A DNA stretch of 64,000 nt from Octopus sinensis (GCF_006345805.1 NC_043000.1:144336001-144400000), one strand, 5' to 3'. Counted from the stretch's first letter, positions 40,388 to 52,510 are shown. Numbers and translations: made by a program. The notes: generated by a model from the sequence alone, not told the origin.

Positions 40388-41233
40388 TCTTCATATATAA
40401 AAGAAAGGTTGTGTGTCTGTCTACTCCGATTTAGATTCCTAACTACTCCCACATTTTGCGATGCAGTTTAACCAAAACCGAGTATCTTATAGTGGTGATT
40501 CATATCGAGCCCTTCTGTGTATTAGCGCGCGTCTTCGATGAGTCTACGATTTTACAAATAATTTACCATCATTTTCTCCCATTTTAATGCATATTTCTTT
40601 AATAAAGGGAAGTAACTCTCAAACTTCACACCAATATGCGTGCTCATATGCGACGTAATATCACATCAGCAGCATTTCCTCACACCCTCCTTGCACTTGG
40701 CGTAGGCAAAATACCAGGGGATGAAAATGGTAATATTGCCATCGATTCCATTTGTACCATTGTTAAGATGCCTTCTGATCTCAGAGATGCAGTGTTCCAA
40801 GATCTACAAGCTAATTATCAGAATATGGATTGGATTGGCCAAAAGGCTATACTGTCCCCGAGGAATAAAACTGTTCACCATATTAATGATGAAATGCTAA
40901 AACTCATTCCTGGGGAAGTCTATGTATATCAGTCTATCAATACAACTCCTGACCCACAGGACGTCTTCAACTATCCAATAGAGGTACTCAATTCCTTTGA
41001 GCACCCCGGACTAACACCACACATTCTCAAACTTAAAGTTGGTGCCCCTATAATCCTCATCAGAAATTTGGTTCCCCCAAAACAATGCAATGGCACACGT
41101 TTGATCGTTAAGTCCTTATCTCCCAGCGTAAGCTTATATCAATATTTGCCTGAATAATCATCATAATTCAGTGCAATCATTAACAGTACTTTCAAGCAAT
41201 TCAGCCCCGAGCAACGCCGGGCAATTCTGTTAG
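40388..41233 (+). mobile_element. Non-autonomous Helitron with both termini
   Basis: 5' a|TCTTCATATATAAAAG..gtgtgtctgtc; 3' hairpin CCCGAGCAACGCCGGG (41206-41221) then ...TTAG|t (CTAG variant); A/T insertion site; internal PIF1 helicase fragment. Confidence 0.8.
40636..41157 (+). pseudogene. Helitron PIF1-family helicase internal fragment
   Basis: KAILSPRNKTVHHINDEMLKLIPGE..Y.S.....YPIEVLNSFEHPGLTPHILKLKVGAPIILIRNL.PPKQCNGTRLIV is the characteristic Helitron/PIF1 segment. Confidence 0.9.
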
Positions 41234-41399
41234 TATATATATATATATATATACAAACTTTATATCTTGTTACTAATCATATTTTCGTTCACCAAACTAT
41301 CACACGACAGCACTTACCTTATAGTGTGTCCTGCAAGAAATTTGCGGAGACAAGATCAATTCCTGACAAGACGGGAGATCTCAATCTACTTTCAATTGC

Positions 41400-44350
41400 A
41401 ATATAGTTATTTGGGTAAAATTTTCGGTTAAAATTTTTAAAAAACTTTTGGTGAAAATATTCCCTGAAAATTTTCGAAAACCCATATAACGCATATGCTC
41501 CGTATGCTGAAGTCTATAAACGTCTATATCGTCATAGTTGTTAAGTGTAAAGCAGAATCTGTTGTATCGTGGATGGTGAGGCATCTTGACAGTAGTAGTA
41601 AACCAGAAATCACTTGATATATACACAGAAAGCAGTAGCAGCAGCCAACTGGAAATTTTTAGCCATAACATCTATTTTTAGCTCGGAGAAAATTTTCGAA
41701 CAATTATTTGGAAAGATTTTCGGGACAAATTTTCCAAATATTTTCGGGTAAAAATTTCGGTTAAAATTTTCGAAATATTTTTGGAGAAAATTATCGGCAA
41801 AAATTTTCCAAAAACTTTTGGTTGAAATTTTCGGTGAAAATTTTCGAAAACCCATATAAGGAATATGCTCCATATGCTGAAGTCTATAAACGTCTATATC
41901 TTCATAGTTAAGTGTAAAGCAGTCTCTGGTGTATCGTGGATGGTGAGGCGTCTTGACTGTATTAGTAAACAAGAATTCACTCTATATATACACAGAAAGC
42001 AGTAGCAGCAGCTACATAGAGAGCTATTTTTACCAATAACATAAATGTATTTTCGGGTAAAATTTTCGGTGAACATTTTCGAAAAATTTTGGGGGAAAAT
42101 TACCGAAAAATCATAAAGTATGGAAGGCCATCGGTGCCAAAATAACAAAGTACGGAAGGCGAACTGGGCAAAAATCACAAAATATGGAAAGGCAGCGGTG
42201 CCAAAATCACAAAGTATGGAAAGCCAGCGGTGCCAAAATCAAAATGTGTGGAAATCCAGCGGTGCCAAAATCACAAAGTATGGAAACCTAGCGGTGCCGA
42301 AATTACAAATTATGGCTCGTTCGGGGAAAATTTTCGGAAAATTTTTTGTGAAAATTTTTGTGGAAAATTTTCGGTGAAAATTTTTGAAAAATTTTTGGGT
42401 AAAATTTTCGAAAAATTCTTGTGAAAATTTTCTAAAAATTTCGGGGGAAAATTTTCGGTGAAAATTATCGAAAAATTTTTGGTTAAAATTCTCGAAAGAA
42501 TTTTGAGGAGAATTATCGGCAAAAATTTTCGAAAAACCTTTGGTTGAAATTTTCTCTGAAAATCTTCGAAAACCCATATAACGAATATGCTCCATGTGCT
42601 GATGTCTATAAACGTCTATATCGTCATAGTTGTTAAGTGTAAAGCAGAATCTGCTGTATTGTGGATGGTGAGGCATCATGACAGTAGTAGTAAACCAGAA
42701 TTCATATTACATACACACAGAAAGCAGCAACAGCAGCCAACTGGAAATCTATTTTTCGCGAAAATTTTCCGAAAATTTCAAAAAAGTTTTGGTGAAAATT
42801 GTCGAAAACCCATATAACACATATGCTCCGTATGCTGAAGTCTACAAACGTCTATATCATCATAGTTGTTAAGTGTAAAGCAGAATCTGTTGTATCGTGG
42901 ATGGTGAGGCATCTTGACAGTAGTAGTAAACCAGAATTCACTTACAGAAAGCAGCAGCAGCAGCCAACTGGAAATCTATTTTTAGCCATAACATCTATTT
43001 TTAGCTCGGGGAAAATTTTCGAACAATTATTTAGAAAGATTTTCGGGAGAAATTTTCCAAAAATTTTCGGGTAAAATTTTTGGTTAAAATTTTCGAAAAA
43101 TTGTTGGGTAAAATTTTTGGCGAAAATTTTCGAAAAAGTTTTGAGGAAAAATTTTCGATGAAAATTTTCGAAAAATCACTGGCGAAAATTTTCGAAAAAC
43201 TTTTGCGTAAAATTTTCGAGAAATTTTTTGGGAAAATTTTCGGTGATAATTTTAGAAAAACCATATAACGAATATGCTCCATATGCTGAATTCTATAAAC
43301 GTCGACATCGTCATAGTTGTTAAGTGTAAAGCAGTCGCTGGTGTATTGTGGATGGTGAGGCGTCTTGACTGTATTAGTAAACAAGAATTCACTCTATATA
43401 TACACAGAAAGCAGTAGCAGCAGCTACATAGAGATCTATTTTTAGCAATAACATAAATGTATTTTTCGGTAAAATTTTCAGTGAACATTTTCTTAAAATT
43501 TTCGAAAACTTTTTTGTGAAAATTTTTGATAAAGATTTGGCTAAAGTTTTCGGTTAAAATTTTTGAAAAACCATTTAACGAATATGCTCCATATGCTGCA
43601 GTCTATAAACCACGACATCGTTGTCGGTGAAAATTTTCGGATAATTTTTGAAAAATATTTTCTGGGACACCTTTCTGAAAATTTTTGGTGAAAATTTTCG
43701 GAAAATTTTTGGATAAAACTTTAGTGAAAATTTTCGGAAAAATTTTGTTGAAAATTTTCGAAAAATTATTTGTGAAAATTTTCGAAAAATTATTTGTGAA
43801 AATTTTCGAAAAAATTTTGGGGAAGGTTTTCGGCAAAAATTTTCGAAAAACTATATAACGAATACACTCCATATGCTGAAGTCTATAAACGTCGACATCG
43901 TCATAGTTGTTAAGTGTAAAGCAGAATCTGGTGTATCGTGGATGGTGAGGCATCTTCAGTGCAGTAGTAAACCAGATTTCACTCTATATATACACAGAAA
44001 GCAGCAGCAGCCACATAAAGTTCTATTTCTCGCAATAACATATATCTATTTTTGGGTAAAATTTTCGATGAACAGTTTCGAAAAATTTGGGGGGAAAATT
44101 ACCGAAAAATCATAAAGTATGGAAGGCCATCTGTGCCAAAATAACAAAGTACGGAAGGCGAACTGGGCAAAAATCACAAAGTATGGAAAGGCAGCGGTGC
44201 CAAAATCACAAAGTATGGAAAGCCAGCGGTGCCAAAATCAAAATGTATGGAAATACAGCGGTGCCAAAATCACAAAGTATGAAAACCTATCGGTGCCGAA
44301 ATCACAAATTATGGCTTTTTTGGGGAAGGTTTTCAAAATTTTTTTGAAAA
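41400..44350. repeat. Mosaic higher-order satellite: ~200-bp Rep-like units, AAAATTTTCG-type spacers and a ~31-bp minisatellite
   Basis: Units begin at 41477, 41847, 42569, 42805, 43256, 43566 (partial) and 43846; minisatellite blocks at ~42106-42316 and ~44105-44315. Confidence 0.95.
41477..43953 (-). pseudogene. Six tandem copies of a CRESS-DNA-virus Rep-like N-terminal fragment (36 aa, motif I)
   Basis: Copies 41477-41584, 41847-41951, 42569-42676, 42805-42912, 43256-43363, 43846-43953. Consensus MPHHPRY(N/T)RFCFTLNNYDD(I/V)DVYRLQHMEHIRYM(G/V)F resembles Rep R(W/F)CFTLNNY...C(R/K)Y(L/M)VFG; truncated before motif II. Confidence 0.6.
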
Positions 44351-44549
44351 ATTGTAACGTGATAAATATATCGCAATTATTTCACCTTTCAAATTATCTG
44401 ATAGATTGTCAACCAGAGACCAAAGAACTTTTGGGAGTCTGGATGGTACGTTATCATGTAAATTGTGCAGCTATGATCAGTTGTTCGAATTGTTTGGGAA
44501 ATATAGGATATTAGTTGTTTGAATGTTAGATATTCCTAACGGTATATTC

Positions 44550-44850
44550 TCAACGCTTTCACGTGACCCGGTAGTCAAATGACAGTGACGCATGTGATCT
44601 TCACTCTTCAATTTTCGACATGAGAATTCAAAATACGTGAATTTACGAGAAGGTGAATGTTAATCGCAAAACCTTGAAAAGGACATCTTAGTGAGGGTGA
44701 GCGAAACATGAGCAGAGGTTTGCGTTAGCCGGGAAGGAGATGAGTTTAGGTGACATGACATCAGCCATCTTCGCAGTGAAGCCCAGTGAAGTGTAACTGA
44801 AGCAAGACGGGAAAAGCACAATGTTGTAGTAATTTGACAAATGGTGAGCA
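44550..44850 (+). promoter_or_regulatory. Possible promoter or non-coding exon island
   Basis: Unique, relatively CpG-rich stretch with TCACGTGAC E-box (44559-44567), TGACGCA, YY1-like AAGATGGC on the - strand, and donor-like ATG|GTGAGC at 44843/44844. No continuous + frame. Confidence 0.2.
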
Positions 44851-44985
44851 TTATTGCTTTAGAATTTCTGCATGTCTTCTTCGATATCTGTGGATATAAT
44901 CCTTACATCTTCCTAAATACTGGTAAAATATTCATTCTGAGAAAGTTTTGAGCTTTCTCTTGATCTTTAATTGCGGACATCTGGG

Positions 44986-45079
<94 letters not shown>

Positions 45080-45082
<3 letters not shown>

Positions 45083-47356
45083 TAGTTTTATTTTTATAGC
45101 GTGCTTTCACTTCACTACCGAGCGCAGCTCTGTCTGCCTTGGGTATGTGCTGTGATTTGTTGTGATGCTCTGATTGTTAGTCCTGGTGTTTTTGTTATGT
45201 ATTTGTCTGAAAACTTTTTTATCATGCCTAATGCACCTACTATGATAGGAATTGTTTCTGTTTTCAGATTCCACATTCTAGTTACCTCTATTTCCAGATC
45301 TTTGTATTTTGAGAGTTTCTCCATTTCTTTTAGAGACACGTTGTCATCAGCCGGTATTGATACATCAATTAGAAAGCATTTTTTTCTTCATGGTCTCTGA
45401 CAACTATATCTGGTCTGTTGGCCTTAATTTCTCTATCTGTGTGTATTGGCATATCCCAGAGTATGATTGCTTTCTCGTTTTCTGTGACCTTTTCTGGTGT
45501 GTGCCTATACCATCTTTTTTCTGTTGTTATTCCATAATGTTGGCATAGCGTCCAATGTATGTAGGTTCCAACTCTGTCATGTCTGTGAATATATTCCTTC
45601 TTAGCCAGGACTGGGCAGCTAGAGATAATATGATTTATTGTTTCTTGTCCATCTCCACATATTCTGCAGTTACTTGTAATATTTCTTTTCATTACATGTT
45701 TTTGGTAATTTCTGGTGGGGAGGCTTTGGTCTTGTGCTGCAATTAAAAATCCCTCTGTTTTTGTTTTGTGTCCTGAGCTTCTCAACCATTGCTGGGATTT
45801 TTCTTTGTCTATTTCTTTTGCGTTTAGTTTAGTCCAGTATTTACCATGAAGGGGCTTTTCTTGCCATCGTCTTATCATGGTTCGTTGCTGTTCTATTTTT
45901 AGTTTGGATTTCATTTGTTTTATAGCTTTTGTTGTTTCTTCATCTTCTTCTTCTTCTTCTTCATATTTATTAGGTGGTATGATTTCTTGTTTGTATTTGT
46001 CAGCTTCCTTAAATACTGAGAACAGTTTTTTGTTTTGCTCGTGTTTTGCCGCTATCTGGATCAGTTTTCCTTCCTTCTGAAGTAGATATTTTTGCAGTCC
46101 TATGGTGGTTATTTTATAGTAGTTTCCCAGCTGTATAAGGCCTCTACCACCTTCTATACGTTGTATATATAATCTTTCTATGTCAGATTTTGGGTGATGC
46201 ATCCTAGATCCTGTCATTATTTTTCTTGATTTCCTATCTATTTTGGTCAGTTCATTTCCTGTCCAGTTAAGGATATTGTAGCTGTAACTTATAACTGGGA
46301 CAGCTAAAGTGTTGATACCTATTATCTTGTTTTTAGCATTGAGCTCTGTGTTTAGTATTGATCTAACTCGTCTATAATATTCTTTTTTTATTTTCTCTTT
46401 CATTTGTGTGTGTTGTGTCTTATCTAGTTCATGGATTCCTAAGTATTTGTAAGTTGGCTTTGGTCTAATTCTTTTATTTCATTGGTTTTATCTAGTGTGA
46501 TGTTGTTACTCTTAACTAGTTTTCCTCTTTTCATGGTTACTTTGGCGCATTTTTCTAATGCAAATTTCATATCTATTTCTTTGGTAAATCCATGAACTGT
46601 CTTTAATAGTGTTTCCAGCTGTTTGTCATTTGCAGCGTATAGTTTTAGGTCATCCATATATAAAAGGTGGCTGATCGTTTTGCCGTAACATTTATATCCG
46701 CATCCAGTTCTATTTAGCATATCAGATAGAGGTGACAGTGCCAAGCAGAAAAGGAGTGTCTCCCTGGAATATTCCTCTTCTAATGGGGATGTCTTTGGTT
46801 TTCATGAGTCCCTCTTTTTTTTGGAGGTGTAGGACTGTTTGCCATTTATTCATAGAGTGCTCTATGAATTTTATGATTGTTGGTGCTACTTTGTTAATGG
46901 CTAGTGTTTCGAGGATCCATGTGTGGGGGATGCTATCAAACGCCTTTTTGTAGTCAATCCAGGCCATACTGAGGCCTTTCTTCTTTCTTTGGCTGTCTTC
47001 AGTTATGGCTTTATTAATCATTAGTTGATCTTTACAGCCATATGAGCCTTTGCGGCATCCTTTCTGCTCTTCTGGGAACAGTTTGTTTTCGTCCAGGTGC
47101 TTGTTCAGCCTTTGTGATATCACTGCAGTAAATGCCTTGAACATAGTAGGGAGGCAGGTTATTGGTCTGTAGTTTTCTGGTTTTTCTGTTTCATTTGATT
47201 TGGTAATTAAGATGGTTTTCCCCTTCGTGAGCCATTCAGGCAGCTTTTTGTGCATTCCTGTTAGATATTTCAACCAGAAGTTGGGGATCTTGTCATGCCC
47301 ACGTGCCTTCCAGTTGCTTAGTCTTTGCAGTGCCTGGGTGACCTCTTCAGTTGTTT
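45080..47356 (-). mobile_element. 5'-truncated, fairly young R4/Dong-type RLE LINE inserted in (TAA)n
   Basis: ORFs 46722-47273 (NYRPITCLPT, EQKGC, WIDYKKAFDSIPH, RGIFQGD), 46439-46744 (YMDDLKLY), 45369-46403 (CRICG..ETINHIISSCP..HRHD; ANRPDIVV) and 45115-45339 (KYKDLEIE) are joined by a few frameshifts. (TTA)n at 44988-45079 and 47357-47460. Confidence 0.92.
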
Positions 47357-49945
47357 TATTATTATTATTATTAATATGATTATTAGTATTATTATTATTA
47401 TCATTATTATTATTATTATCATTACTATTATCATTATTATTATTATATTATTATTATTATTGTTTTTATTGTTATCACTATTTTGTAACTTGACAGCTAC
47501 AATTTGTGATGCAAGTTTCAAAATATTTGTAGTATTTATTACTACAAATAATATATTTTCATTTAAATCGAATGTCAGAGATTAGTAATTTTGACGTACA
47601 CTGTATGAACTTGAATATATTTCAGTTGATAATTTATAAATTTAGAATCCTTATATGAAAGCGTTATACGCGAAGGATTTGCATTCTGGATTTAGCACAG
47701 AGAAAATATAAACATTTGGATAGCATGACGTGTTGTAATTAAGTTCCCTAATGTCGAGCAATAACACAAGTAACATTCCAATTAATACCCGGTTTTAAAT
47801 TAGCATTGATAATCGTTGTCCTATCTCTAAACACAATGCTGAATTTGAAGATTTTATGTTGTTTAATAATCTATTTCCTTCGTGTGCATGGATATTTTTG
47901 AAAGCTGATATATGGCGAAATATATGTTACTTTTTAATCATGATGAATACGATAACTCCTTAAGGTAAATTGACAACATCAGTTGAAGATCTTAAAGAAT
48001 GCGATCCTGGTAAGAGGCTCTCTTTTTATTATTTCAGTAAAAATGTCAGGAGGACTTGCTTTGTTTAATAGCACGTGATAATAGACAGAGAAAAGATAAA
48101 TAAGGAATAATTGCACAGGATGAAATTATGCCCTGTGCGTCAGAAAGAATACCTTAGTATTCCTTTCCTGACTTTTTGATACGCAATATTAACTAACTTC
48201 AGCATCATTATTAATATGGTATCCATCCATAGCACAGCCGTATCCAACCTATGAAGACAACAGACAATAACCCACCTCTATTTTAGCGAATACGCAAAAA
48301 GTAAAAAACTATTGTGAGTTATGCAAATATTTGTATAAATATGTATATTGTATATTCTTGAATATTGTATGTTCTTGTATATTTTATACTCATGTATAGT
48401 GTATATTCTTTAGGCGTTTTGTGTTAAAATCTTTCATTATATCGGAATTTCTAACCTGATCCTATATTTGAATCACGGGGTTCAAATCTTGAACTCAGAA
48501 CCTGAGTTCAATCTCATGCACTGCATTAACCAACATCACTAGAAGTTCTGAGTACAGTCCCAGTCATAACACTAAGGTAATTCACAGAAAATACACTGAA
48601 GCAAAAATTTCTCGAAACGCAGTGTAAAGAATGAGAACAGTGTACATCTGTGAATCAAGTAAATGGTGATATTAGCAATTCTGAAGCAACAACGGAGTAC
48701 AACACAAGACACCTGATGAAAGCTGGAGTGTAGAACAGCCGTAGCATAGTGAAATCGGCATTTAAGATGAGAGCACAGGTTCGACTGTGGCAAACAGTAT
48801 ACATGATATAACTTCCTTATCTAGCAAATATATAATCGTATCGATTTAATCCTTTTCATTTAACAACCAGCGCAAATCCTCCTTGTCTATATGGTTTACA
48901 ATTTAACATTTCTCCTTTTGATGTACTATATTATTTAACATCATCTGCGGTAGTATTGTATTTATAACATATCAAGATAAGTTCAAAACGATCAATTATT
49001 AATGACAATTTCAGGGAATCCCTTTAATTTCTTGATTTTCTTTTCACAAAATAGACGTTTTCGTAAGTGACATATCTAAAACTTTCTGAGAAAAAAAATA
49101 TTGTGTACGTCCAACTGAAATCTCGTTGTATGTAAATACATTCAAGGAAGTTAAAATTCTATAAAGCTAGGTACAATCAGCACTGCGATTTTTGTAGTAG
49201 TACTACATATAATTTAGCTTCTTAAAAGCTGTCTGAAATAAATAAAATATTACAAAATATAATGAAAGCCTACAAGTAATATAAGTTATAAAACTGCAAA
49301 TGCTGCAATAAATGATGACACGGTTCTATATAGTATCTAATATATGTACTATACATTTATATTAACTTATGTACTTGTCTCTACTTTCTACCTTTCCACA
49401 TTTTCTTTGCTTCAGTAAAATTAGATCGATAATTTTAATGTCGACTATATTTAATGCAAGCAGAATTTCCGACGAGTCAATTATGCATTGCATAATAGTT
49501 TGAGAGTTAGAAGCTACCAAGTCTATACTACTTACTATAACAATTCTTTTACACATAATATCTCTATCACACACACTCATGACTTTTGTTTCTTTCTGCT
49601 TCTTAATCAATAGATATTTTCATCGATAAATTTGTTTGCAATTTCTAAAAGGAAATATACTAAAAAAAAAATAATAATAATACTTTATATATTAGAATGC
49701 TTATATATTCGTATATGTGTGTGAGTTGTTTAGAATTTGAAATGTATCTGTATATATATAATGCAGTATTCACATTCTTAGGAATTTTAACCGCGTTTAA
49801 TATATCGCTATTGAGAACTGTATCATATTCAATCGAATATAAAATCGTTGAGGAACTAAAACAGGATCCGTTTTATGAAGCTTTCAAAATTACTCTAAAA
49901 AGCTCCTAAACATACATATTTGTATAGGTACATATGTATATATAT

Positions 49946-50015
<70 letters not shown>

Positions 50016-50050
50016 CATATATACATATATATATAGTGTGTGTGTGTGTG

Positions 50051-50136
<86 letters not shown>

Positions 50137-51355
50137 GTAATGCAATCTACTTCACTGAAAAATATACGTCAAAATTTAACCATTTCTAGCAATTTTGAAT
50201 AAGGAAACATACCTATTTGAAAAAAAAAAAGCAAAACAAACCCTTCTAACATTCTATTCTTTCTAAACCAAATCATGTTAACTTAATAAAACCTAGTCAT
50301 TCCCAACATTTTTGGTTATCTCCCTCATTCCGAAAAACTCCCTGATTACTTTCCCCTGTCTAGAACTCTCATACTTCACTTCATACGAAGTGATGACACA
50401 ATATCGCTAAAGAAATTTAAGATATTTGATATTCTCAGTTATTGACTCACCATTTCGTTCATGTAAACCTTAGTATATATGCCAGCAACATATTTTCTGA
50501 ACACAGAAGTTGCTCTTGCACAATCATGCTCTAGTTCTTGTGTGTACGTGAGGTGGGAAGGGAGGTACAAAGATACAGACAGGCAGACAGAGAGACACAG
50601 AAAAGAAGATGAGGAGGAGGGAGTTGAAGAAGATGGAGAGGGAGACAAGAAGGTGGAAGATGAAGAAGAAGAGAGGGAGAGAGAGTGAACGAGAGGGATA
50701 GAATGAATCAGAGTACAAGAGAGAATGAAACAAACAAAGGATGTTTGCTAAATATAATAACTAATTTTCCGTAGGCAGAATGCATGTTGGAAATATTAAG
50801 AGAGGAACTTTACGCACTCCTATGATTACAGAACGCATACATGCAAATACACACTCATATAAAACACGCACGCGCACACACACACATACATACACACACA
50901 CAAACACACACATACACACACACACACATACACACATATATATATATAGATATATATATATATATATATGTAATGATATTAATCTGAAAATATGAATATG
51001 ATAAATCTGCCCTTGACACGTTATTCCACTAAAAATCTAGGTTAACTATACTGATGTACGTATTAAAACCTAGTGATGTTATCGACTTCATACATAGGCA
51101 TTTAATAAAACCAATGAGGGTCACATTACAAGGACAACGTTCACATATATCAATGTTTGTTTTTATTTTCAGTTACAATTGAAGAATTTTGAACTAACCT
51201 GATGGATTGCTTTGCAGATTTGTTACGAAAAAATTCATTTTGGTCATACAAGAATGTTTTTGACTTGGACGTCACTGTCAGTAGCATTAATCTATTACAA
51301 TAATTTGCATGTATACACAAACATAGACACATACATATCTTTATCTATGTCTATC

Positions 51356-51404
<49 letters not shown>

Positions 51405-51509
51405 CTGGGTCTGCACGTGTGTGTATATGTCATATATATGTGTGTGTATGTATATATGAGTGTGCGTATATACATACATGTACATATATACATATATATA
51501 TATAAAATA

Positions 51510-51660
51510 GATGTGCTAAGAAGTTTGCTTCTTAACCACAGGTTTCTGGGTCCAGTTCTACTGCGCAGCACATTGGGCAAATGCCTTCAACCATATCCTC
51601 GCGTCGACCAAAGCAATATGCGTGAATTTAGCATGCGGAAACTGAAAGAAGTCCGTCTTA
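51510..51660 (+). mobile_element. SINE family B 5' half, diverged
   Basis: gcttcttaaccacagg...ttgggcaaatgccttc...gaccaaagc...gcggaaactgaaagaagtccgtc. Confidence 0.65.
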
Positions 51661-52510
51661 TATATGTTGACTCAGGGATCCCATCTGAATCGGAAAAACT
51701 TAAGTTAGCGTTAATATGTTTAATGTACTATACATTAAGAAAAACTCTACTGAAATGCAATTGTTAGTTAGTTTTCTATGTAATTTGGGTAGATTCGTAA
51801 GCGAATCATCTCACGTGGATTCATTTTAAAACGAACTACTTTATGAATGGATTGCTATGTAAAGGAGCACATATTTTCTCATGGGATGCGTTATATTAAT
51901 GCACACATATATATAGATATATATATATACATATATATAATGAAAGTAAGGAACAGGATTGCAAGTAGTAATGCAGTACGACTATTCCAGTGGCTCCATT
52001 TTATGCAATAATTATATCAATTTAAATGCAACAGTATCTTTAGCTGCATAAAACTTAATGAACATTAACAGGTAAATTATATTAATATAAAGATTTCGAC
52101 TTCGTTCTTCCACTTACCTACCTAATTCAACCGAATCATCTTAAATAGTTCTTATTTATATATATATTACACAATGAAATTCAAATTTTGCTTGATTTTC
52201 ACATTTTATTTACAATCTTATAATAATATAATGAAATGATAGAATAGTAAATGTCCATTTATACTTTTATGCAAACTATGAGGACGTCAGGTTCATGTTA
52301 CAGTAATGGCAGTTCTGTTTTAGAATTTACAACTCTAGTAAGATGGCTCAACTATGTGCCCTATATAAATTATCATAGACTCCAGAACATCAATTTTTGC
52401 AAACTCTGTTCTGTCCAATCAGTGTGTAGCTTTACCAAATTACTCAAGTTGATTGGTGATTGGTTTAGGCGTCATAATTTGTTGAACATGACAAGAGATC
52501 TGTATTTTGA

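Noticed and set aside
41477-43953. Helitron Rep as the source of the FTLNNY units
   Set aside because: The motif sits about 10 residues from an ATG in CRESS-like context and on the strand opposite the neighbouring Helitron; Helitron Rep motif 1 lies deep inside a large ORF. Not excluded without a search.
41400-44350. Repeat-spacer pattern reminiscent of a CRISPR array
   Set aside because: Units are ~200 bp, spacers are themselves repetitive, there are no cas genes, and the context is eukaryotic.
49362-49610. 82-aa - ORF with AAG|GTAGAA donor-like site
   Set aside because: No credible acceptor and no recognisable similarity.
50451-50536. Possible - strand exon (LEHDCARATSVFRKYVAGIYTKVYMNEM, donor ATG|GTGAGT) and overlapping + frame MPATYFLNTEVALAQ
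   Set aside because: The - candidate has a weak acceptor and no partner exons; the + candidate has weak sites and a phase that does not follow the 35327 exon. Cannot be supported without RNA data.
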